From NCBI GenBank assembly GCA_934462825.1, contig CAKSIP010000010.1:1-39807 (forward strand): a DNA stretch of 39,807 nucleotides, in the 5' to 3' direction. Position numbers and translations under genes: made by a program. How positions within the stretch are numbered: position 1 is the stretch's first letter; each line of letters begins with the position of its first letter. The notes below the pieces were generated by a model, which saw only the letters and a program-made list of their open reading frames with translations, was not told the origin of the DNA and did no database searches. The stretch comes from an uncultured Eubacteriales bacterium. GTDB taxonomy: Bacteria; Bacillota; Clostridia; Oscillospirales; CAG-272. Below are positions 33,190-39,807 of the stretch, in pieces.

Positions 33190-33558
33190 ATGCTGGAATC
33201 AGGAGAAATGTATCTGGAAACGATTTATATACTGTCGAAAAAATCCTCCGCCGTGCGGAGCATTGACGTGGGGGAGTATATGGGATATTCCAAGCCGTCG
33301 GTCAGCCGCGCGATGGGGCTACTGAAGAAAGACGGTATGATTGCCATGGATCCGTCGGGGTATATTGTCCTCACCGAAGCGGGGCAAAAGAAAGCCCAAA
33401 AGATCTACGAGCGCCATACCATTCTTACAAAGCTCCTCGTGGAGCTTGGGGTGGATGAGCCAACCGCGGCGGAAGATGCCTGCCGGATTGAACACTATCT
33501 CAGCGATACAACCTTTGAAAAGCTCAAAGCGCATTTTCAAAAGCATAATAAATCATAA
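33190..33558 (+). CDS. DtxR/MntR-family metal-dependent transcriptional regulator (short form, no SH3 domain)
   Basis: The N-terminus reads MLESGEMYLETIYILSKKSSAVRSIDVGEYMGYSKPSVSRAMGLLKKDGMI, followed by a dimerisation and metal-binding region. The RBS AAGGAAGG precedes the ATG. Confidence 0.85.
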   Translation: MLESGEMYLETIYILSKKSSAVRSIDVGEYMGYSKPSVSRAMGLLKKDGMIAMDPSGYIVLTEAGQKKAQKIYERHTILTKLLVELGVDEPTAAEDACRIEHYLSDTTFEKLKAHFQKHNKS

Positions 33559-33596
33559 TGTAATATCAAACACAAGCCGCCGAGATTAACGTCGTA

Positions 33597-33644
33597 GAGA
33601 GTGCCGAAATGCTCAGAATGAGTGTTTCGGCACTCCCTTTTTTT
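33597..33644. terminator. hairpin element E: GAGAGTGCCGAAATGCTCA-gaa-TGAGTGTTTCGGCACTCCC plus T7
   Basis: The stem includes one A·C mismatch and two G·U pairs. It shares the 5' flank CCGAGATTAACGTCGT (33580-33595) and the 3' TTTTTGCA with element A. Confidence 0.65.
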
Positions 33645-33782
33645 GCAAAATAATCATGAATCAATCTTGCTTTTGACTTGCAAAACGATGAAAAAACGCC
33701 TCATTTTGTCATAAAAACCCCTTTTGTATATAAAATACAAAAATAATTATACGAATATTCACAACTTTATTTGTTATACCCC

Positions 33783-33811
33783 TTGACAAACACGGAGGAT
33801 TGTTATAAAAT
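33783..33811 (+). promoter_or_regulatory. candidate sigma-A promoter (TTGACA-17-TAAAAT) driving a ~400-nt leader
   Basis: The sequence is ccccTTGACAaacacggaggattgttaTAAAATaat. The next downstream ORF starts at 34225. Confidence 0.45.
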
Positions 33812-33836
33812 AATTATGCTTTATTAAGAGTCATTC

Positions 33837-33852
33837 AAAAAAAAAAAAAAAA
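33837..33852. repeat. A16 homopolymer tract
   Basis: Sixteen consecutive A residues lie inside the leader, about 25 nt downstream of the candidate -10. Confidence 0.9.
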
Positions 33853-34224
33853 CAGTTCACAATTTCGCCAAGAATCACGAAATGCAAGCGGACTTCGTCG
33901 AAGCGTCAGAAAAAATTGTGAAACGACAGCGTCAAACAAAATTTTCAGACATTAAACTTATATCGGTTCGATTGTATCTACCCGCCGACAAATATTTTGG
34001 CAGACAGTACAGTGATCGAACTTTTTTTGAGCCTCCATGAAACTCCCAAAAAGGCATCATCGTAAAGCAAAGGAGATGAAACGGAAAAAAACAGCCCGGC
34101 ATCCCATAGGGAAGCCGAGGCGGCGTTCGGATTCATCAGAACAGGAGGACGGCATCCGTCCGAATGGGACATAGCTCCGTGAAAGCGGATTAGCACCGGA
34201 ACAAAACGAAAGGATGAATACAGA

Positions 34225-35739
34225 ATGGACAGATACAGACAAAACGGAAAAACCGGCTCGTTTCTCGCTGTAAATAACGGCTCGGTGGAAGGATGCGTGG
34301 CCGATATTTCCTTTTTGGCCAGAAACGGCGGCGCCGGTTTTGTGTACGAAAACAACGCAAAAATCACAAATTCGTCGTCCGTAAAATGTGTCAAAGGCAA
34401 GTACGCCAAAGGCTTCTACGTCCGAAACGGCGGCACGATCACGGCCTGCGGATATATCGCCGGGAAAAGCGCCCATAAAATCGGAAAGGACGGCACGGAC
34501 GAATATATTTTCGGCAACCCGGAGCTGTATATCTCGTCGGAAACTCCGACAGAGGAAATCCATCAAAGGCTGGGGCTTGCCTCCGTCTGGAAAAACGAAT
34601 CGGCGAAAAACGGAAAATTTGTTCCTGACCTCGCTGCCAATATGTGCAGTCTTTCCGCCGAAGAAGAAAACATCATTGTGATTCAAACGGCGGACGATCT
34701 GAAACAGATGATCGAAACCGTCAATTCGGGCGACAAAAACGCCCTCGGAGCGCATTATCAGCTGGCGGACGACATCAATATGAAAGGCGCACGCCTCCGC
34801 CCGATCGGCGACGAGAGCTATCCGTTTGCCGGCATTTTCGACGGAAACGGAAAAACCGTCAGCAACTTCACCATCGACTGCCGCGGCGGCGAATACGGAG
34901 GCTTTTTCGGCTGTACCAAAAATGCGAAGGTGGCCAATCTCGCCCTGGATTACATGTTGAAGGGAAAAGGCGGCGTAACCGTCGGAGGAATGGCGGGCAG
35001 CATCATGGGCGGCAGCTTTGAAAACTGCCAGGTCAGACTTGCCATGTCGCCGGGCATGTGTTCGGGCGGCTTCTGCGGCAAAAACTCCGGCACCATCCGC
35101 AACTGCTACGTCGGCGGTAAAATCGCACCTCCCGTGCCGCTTCTGCCGTGGCTGATTCCGAGCTTGGCTGTGTTGCTTGCCCTGCTCACCGTTGGTTCCG
35201 TGATTCTTGTGAAGAAACTGACCGGCAATGTTCCGTTCCGGCCGGAGATTATTGATCCGAACCAGGTGCCGGTGCCAAAGCCGAACCAGCCGGAGGATCC
35301 GCCCCCGGCGGGAAGCAACCGCATCAGCCTGGAGCTGAATCACGAGGTCTATGTCAGCGCAACCACCATGGTGGGACAGATGGACTATGTAAACCCGCAC
35401 CGAAGCACACAGGACGTTGTGATACGGCTCTGTATCAGCGATGCGGAGCTGACCAAGGCCGGCTACGATCTTGTCGCCTGCAAGGTGCGGACGAAAAAGG
35501 AACTGAGCGCCGAGGGCTACAACCCCGAAAAGAGCTATACCGTGCTGTACAGCTCGCAAAGACTTCAGATCGGCTATAAGCTCGGCTACTGCAAGCTTTC
35601 GCCTCTCCCGAACGGAGAGACGCTGAAGGTCGGCGACTACGAGATGATCATGATGATCGACGCATACGATCCGAAAACCAACGAAAAGGCCATCGTCAAC
35701 GCGCAGGCCATGACAACCATTCATATTGTAGACAGATAA
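34225..35739 (+). CDS. GLUG-motif membrane protein (N-terminal GLUG repeats, central TM helix, C-terminal beta-rich domain)
   Basis: GLUG-like repeats include GIFDGNGKTVSNFTIDCRGGEYGGFFGCTKNAKVANLAL, VGGMAGSIMGGSFENCQV and SGGFCGKNSGTIRNCYV. The TM helix is LLPWLIPSLAVLLALLTVGSVILV. A Pro-rich linker, PVPKPNQPEDPPPAG, follows. The RBS AAAGGA lies 10 nt upstream. There is no N-terminal signal peptide. Confidence 0.6.
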   Translation: MDRYRQNGKTGSFLAVNNGSVEGCVADISFLARNGGAGFVYENNAKITNSSSVKCVKGKYAKGFYVRNGGTITACGYIAGKSAHKIGKDGTDEYIFGNPELYISSETPTEEIHQRLGLASVWKNESAKNGKFVPDLAANMCSLSAEEENIIVIQTADDLKQMIETVNSGDKNALGAHYQLADDINMKGARLRPIGDESYPFAGIFDGNGKTVSNFTIDCRGGEYGGFFGCTKNAKVANLALDYMLKGKGGVTVGGMAGSIMGGSFENCQVRLAMSPGMCSGGFCGKNSGTIRNCYVGGKIAPPVPLLPWLIPSLAVLLALLTVGSVILVKKLTGNVPFRPEIIDPNQVPVPKPNQPEDPPPAGSNRISLELNHEVYVSATTMVGQMDYVNPHRSTQDVVIRLCISDAELTKAGYDLVACKVRTKKELSAEGYNPEKSYTVLYSSQRLQIGYKLGYCKLSPLPNGETLKVGDYEMIMMIDAYDPKTNEKAIVNAQAMTTIHIVDR

Positions 35740-35792
35740 AAAACACGCTGAATCCTATCCTGCAAAATCCAACAGAAAGGGGGCGATAAAGA

Positions 35793-38700
35793 TTGACGGT
35801 CAACGATAAACATCGAAAACCATCCGACATGCAAAGGTCGATTTCACTTTTGCTTGTGATAGCCATGCTGGCAACAATCTTTGTCGTTTCCCCTTTTTCG
35901 GTTTCGGCGGCCGATCCTGACTATGAGGAATTTTCAAGCGGCGCAGTGCTGCTGGACGCAAGCTACAGCGACAAGAACGTGCTGATCAAAAACGGCGTCT
36001 TTTCCGTCACCGTGTCCGGCGCGACCAATGTCAATATCATCTTTGAAAGCGTCACGATGGACAGACGCTACGCATCGGATACAAATAGGACAGTTCAAAA
36101 CCTTTATGACGTTTCGCAGAAGCTCGGCTGGGTAAAAAATGACGGAACCTATACCGCGCAGACCTGTCCGCTTTTGCTGACCAACAATGCAAGCGCAACG
36201 GTTGCCTTCCGCGGGGTGAATAACTTTTATGCGGGAACCAACGGCTGTACCGTAAGCGCCACGAATTCTTATACGAAACGGCAGTCCGGCGGTGGATTTG
36301 CAGGCATCCAGGTGGACTCCGGCTCCACGCTGACGATAGCGCAGAGCGGCGGTACGCTCAACGTACACGGCGCCTTCTATGTGGAAACTGACAACTCCAA
36401 CAACGTACCGAACACGAATCTTTACGAAAACGACAGAGTAGGCTACGGCTGGCCGAGCGGTGCTCAGACCGACCTTTCCGGCGGCGCCGGCATCGGCGGC
36501 GGAGCGGCATGGAACACGACCACGAGTGCGTCTCAGTACTATACCGCGGGAACGCCCGGCACCATCATCATCAACGGCGGAAACATCAACGCCCACGGCG
36601 GACATCAGGCGGCGGGTATCGGCGGCGGTCTGAACGGCGCGGCCACATCGACATCCATCACCATCAACGGCGGCAACGTCGTAGCTTACGGCGGCCGATG
36701 GGCGCCCGGCATCGGCGACGGCGATTCGCTGCAAAACAATTGGACAACAAAATATACGGATTCGTATTCCATCGACATCAACGGCGGTACCATCCAAGCC
36801 ACGGGCGGTGTAAACTGTCCGGGTATAGGAACGACGGACGAGGTTTCCGCTAATCAAACACGCCAAGATACCTCCGGGCTTACGATACAATTGAACGGCG
36901 GAGAGATCACCGCAAGATCGGGCTACCCGGATAAGTTCAACCCGAAGGGAACAGCCGGCTACAGCGGAACCGACGCGGCGGCGGCCATCGGCGCCGGAAA
37001 CAATACGAATATGCACTCGAACTCCATCCATGTCTCATCTGCGGCGAAAATTATCGCGTCGGGCTTCGGCCATTATTCCGTGACCGAAAACGGCGTAAAC
37101 CATGAAACGCTCCCCACGGTCAACATCGACTCGGACAGCTACGCCTTTCTCGGCCGATTCCCCGAGCTTACCTCGCACACGGAAAGACCGTTTGAGCTTT
37201 TTGAGGCGCAGCGCTTTGACGTTGCCATCGGCGATAAAACCTATCAGTATGTGAAATATGTCACACAGCCGGCAAACGGCAGTGCGGGCGAAATTTACTA
37301 TTACTGCCCCGAAGCACCCGATAACAAATGGCTCAAAAAGGCCGGAGCGGACGGCACAATCGAAAACGCCGCGGATGTTTCCCTTGATTCTCTTTCGGCT
37401 CTGGAAACCAAAATAGAAGAGCTGATGCTCACGCTCTATGTGGATGAAGGCTCGGTGAAAATCGGCGAAATTATCTCGCCCGCGCACTTCCGCTCGATTG
37501 CGCTGACACTGCCAAACCCGGAGGAGCACGGCGGCATTTACGCCTTGAAAATCCCCACAGACGCTCTGTACGGCTACGAGGGTGAGGCCACGCTGCCGAC
37601 GGTGGGTTATGTTGTCATCACCATCGGGGCGCAGGAGCAGGGAGTCCTGTCCGGCGAGATCGCCTATCCCGGCAAGCTGAATATCAAGGCGGATGCCGTT
37701 TCCGAAATGTTCACCGACCTTGACATCTACCGCGACGCGCTCCATGACGACGGCCGAAACGGTCTGATCGGCGACAAATTCATGGAAAATGTGTTTGCCT
37801 ATCGGGTGTATATCGAAAGCACCGACAATACGGCATATCTTTACGCCAAGTTTGCCCCCAATGACACCACATTGGTGTCCCTTGAGGAGCTTTCCGGCGC
37901 CCACTTGGACGTGGATTCCGCCACCGGCATCGTGACCGCCACAATTGACATGACGGATCTGACGGAAAAGGTGATACGCCTGAAAAAGACCGATACCGTA
38001 ACGGTAGACGGAAAGGCCGAAACACTCCACTCTGTGGTGTATAAAATCACCATTGTGAAAAAAGCGGAATACAAAATCGAGTTGAATCCGCTGGACAAAA
38101 TTTACGACGGCATGGCGGTCAAGCCGTCGATTGTTCGGCTCTATTCCGAAGAAACAAACGAAGAATATATCCCCACCGAAGCGGAGCTGAACTCTGTGGA
38201 ATATACCTATTACAGACAGGACGGCACCGCGTGGACGCCCATCGGCGCCGCGCCGAAGGACGCCGGCACGTACAAGGTTTCCGCAAGAATCGCCGCCGTC
38301 AGCTATAATGCGACGTCGGAAACGCAGTTTACAATATCCAAGCGCACCGTCACGGTCAACCGCATTGAACACCCCCTGACTTACGTCAGCTCGGCCGAAT
38401 ATAATACGGGCTGGACGGGAACCACCACGCACCCCGTGGAAAACCCCGGAAGGATCTTTCTCAATAACGTCATAAGCGGAGACGACCTGTCGGCGACCGC
38501 CGCAATTTTCTATAACGACATCACAATCGGCTACAAGGCGGATAAAATCACGCTGAAAGGCATAACCCTCTCCGGCGCGTCGGCTCATAACTACGAAACC
38601 GCTTCCACGCAGAACGTTTTCGGTCAGATCAGCTATAAGCTGGACCAAGCGATCTTTAAGAAAAAGCCCGGTCATCATTGGGATAAATTCTATCCCGTGG

Positions 38701-39290
38701 ACAGTACCGTTCCTGTAGGTCCCCCCGGCACGGTGGATTATCATTCGCCTCCGACCACGATCGACGGAAACATAGTTTATGACACGCACGGCGACCATGT
38801 GTACGCCCGAACGGAAAACACAGGCGAGGAGCAGTCGATCTACGCCGTGGACATCGAGTTTGGCGCCATGTATTTCTCTTATTCCAAATCGCAGTGGAAC
38901 CCGAACACCATGACGTATAAGGAGTTGGCCGACGAATCGCGCTGGACAGGCTTTGACGGCGGCAACAACTGCGTGACGGTGATCAACCGCTCCAACCGCG
39001 CCGTATATTACGCGCCCAACGTCAGAATCGACTTTCTTCATTCCGCCATCGGCGACAGCACCACGGGCATCAAGGCAAACTTTTATGACACCAATGCCGA
39101 TACCGGCACCATCATCACAGGCATCAAGCGGGAGCTTTCCGCGGCAACGGCAGGGAACATCGCCGCCCTCGGCACGGCGCAACGCCAAACGTGCTATATC
39201 AGGCTTTCGGGCGTTCCGCAGCTGGCAGAATCGGATCAGTTTACGGTTGTCGGCGGCGTGACAGTGACAATATCGCGCACCAACGAATAA
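35793..39290 (+). CDS. large secreted repeat protein (Sec signal peptide; Gly-rich INGG..A.GG..AGIGGG parallel-beta-helix-like repeats; no recognizable anchor)
   Basis: The start is TTG, 9 nt after the RBS GAAAGGGGG. The signal peptide is SISLLLVIAMLATIFVVSPFSVSA/ADP. The repeats read IIINGGNINAHGGHQAAGIGGG, ITINGGNVVAYGGRWAPGIGDGD, IDINGGTIQATGGVNCPGIG and IQLNGGEITARSG. The C-terminus is beta-rich and has no LPXTG motif or TM helix. Confidence 0.6.
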   Translation: MTVNDKHRKPSDMQRSISLLLVIAMLATIFVVSPFSVSAADPDYEEFSSGAVLLDASYSDKNVLIKNGVFSVTVSGATNVNIIFESVTMDRRYASDTNRTVQNLYDVSQKLGWVKNDGTYTAQTCPLLLTNNASATVAFRGVNNFYAGTNGCTVSATNSYTKRQSGGGFAGIQVDSGSTLTIAQSGGTLNVHGAFYVETDNSNNVPNTNLYENDRVGYGWPSGAQTDLSGGAGIGGGAAWNTTTSASQYYTAGTPGTIIINGGNINAHGGHQAAGIGGGLNGAATSTSITINGGNVVAYGGRWAPGIGDGDSLQNNWTTKYTDSYSIDINGGTIQATGGVNCPGIGTTDEVSANQTRQDTSGLTIQLNGGEITARSGYPDKFNPKGTAGYSGTDAAAAIGAGNNTNMHSNSIHVSSAAKIIASGFGHYSVTENGVNHETLPTVNIDSDSYAFLGRFPELTSHTERPFELFEAQRFDVAIGDKTYQYVKYVTQPANGSAGEIYYYCPEAPDNKWLKKAGADGTIENAADVSLDSLSALETKIEELMLTLYVDEGSVKIGEIISPAHFRSIALTLPNPEEHGGIYALKIPTDALYGYEGEATLPTVGYVVITIGAQEQGVLSGEIAYPGKLNIKADAVSEMFTDLDIYRDALHDDGRNGLIGDKFMENVFAYRVYIESTDNTAYLYAKFAPNDTTLVSLEELSGAHLDVDSATGIVTATIDMTDLTEKVIRLKKTDTVTVDGKAETLHSVVYKITIVKKAEYKIELNPLDKIYDGMAVKPSIVRLYSEETNEEYIPTEAELNSVEYTYYRQDGTAWTPIGAAPKDAGTYKVSARIAAVSYNATSETQFTISKRTVTVNRIEHPLTYVSSAEYNTGWTGTTTHPVENPGRIFLNNVISGDDLSATAAIFYNDITIGYKADKITLKGITLSGASAHNYETASTQNVFGQISYKLDQAIFKKKPGHHWDKFYPVDSTVPVGPPGTVDYHSPPTTIDGNIVYDTHGDHVYARTENTGEEQSIYAVDIEFGAMYFSYSKSQWNPNTMTYKELADESRWTGFDGGNNCVTVINRSNRAVYYAPNVRIDFLHSAIGDSTTGIKANFYDTNADTGTIITGIKRELSAATAGNIAALGTAQRQTCYIRLSGVPQLAESDQFTVVGGVTVTISRTNE

Positions 39291-39378
39291 TTTTACCGAT
39301 ATAACTATAACCCGCAGAGTGCGGTTTATATATAAATAAAATAAAAAAATATAAAAGCTTTTGAAAGGAGCAAACAAA

Positions 39379-39807
39379 ATGAAAAAATTTTTTGCCATTC
39401 TTCTTACCGTTGCAATGCTTGCCACGGTGCTTGCCGTGTCCGTAAGCGCGGCCGGCGTGATCGACAGCACAACCGGAGTTCTGCCGGAGAATTTCACGAC
39501 AGAATCAGCACCCGGAGTAGATCTGAACGTAAAGGTGTCGGACATCACGCACAAATATGCGGCTGATATTATATTTACGCCTACGGATCTGCTTATTGGC
39601 GGCACAATCACATGGAACGTCAACACAATGAAGTATGATGTTGCTGGCGCCACACTTGCAAATACCACCCAGAAGGTCAAGGTTTCCAATCGCTCCGACC
39701 TTCCCATATACTCGTATGCAACAATCAGTGAAACCGATGATGATGACGGTATTACAATTGAAGCCGTTAACGGCGCAGGAAACAAGCTGAAAATCGACAA
39801 AGCAACC
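39379..39807 (+). CDS. secreted protein, 5' partial (runs off the end of the window)
   Basis: The RBS AAAGGAG precedes the ATG at 39379. The signal peptide is MKKFFAILLTVAMLATVLAVSVSAAG. The protein is Thr/Asn-rich and beta-like. There is no stop before 39807. Confidence 0.5.
   Translation, partial: MKKFFAILLTVAMLATVLAVSVSAAGVIDSTTGVLPENFTTESAPGVDLNVKVSDITHKYAADIIFTPTDLLIGGTITWNVNTMKYDVAGATLANTTQKVKVSNRSDLPIYSYATISETDDDDGITIEAVNGAGNKLKIDKAT

Noticed and set aside
37035-39800. A 921-aa ORF on the - strand, antisense to the large secreted repeat protein gene.
   Set aside because: No RBS or start context is present and the composition is Arg/Gly/Val-rich and biased. The + strand ORF has a signal peptide, an RBS and coherent repeats.

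Overview
The window reads as chromosomal DNA from a Firmicutes/Clostridia-type organism. The evidence is a valS T-box leader, consensus sigma-A promoters (TTGACA-17-TATAAT), Gram-positive RBSs, and surface-protein domains (PepSY, GLUG, Listeria-Bacteroides repeats). No transposase, integrase, CRISPR array or rRNA is visible. Gene order on the + strand: ECF sigma factor translationally coupled to a membrane anti-sigma-like protein with nine tandem PepSY domains; a divergent atypical OmpR-type regulator on the - strand; rlmB; a large membrane protein with a ~560-aa acidic N-terminus and a degenerate P-type-ATPase-like core; the TIGR03960/TIGR03936 radical-SAM pair; a sugar-phosphate isomerase (TIM barrel) coupled to a 1207-aa Listeria-Bacteroides-repeat surface protein; and dxs. 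The - strand then carries potABCD with an upstream M50 peptidase. Back on the + strand come a DUF1836 protein, NfeD and flotillin. valS follows on the - strand with a T-box leader, then a stand-alone tRNA-Thr. A feoA-feoA-feoB plus Cys-rich small-protein operon (- strand) faces a divergent DtxR/MntR-family regulator across an intergenic region dense in GGTTAG/CTAACC palindromes. The window ends with a cluster of a GLUG membrane protein and two secreted repeat proteins behind a ~400-nt leader. The least expected signal is a family of five intergenic hairpin elements. All share the core AAAAACTCA-N3-5-TGAGTTTTT inside a covarying GC-rich outer stem, and all sit at 3' ends of + strand genes. Two copies share further flanking sequence. 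Several long antisense ORFs in the track are judged artefacts of GC-rich coding strands.
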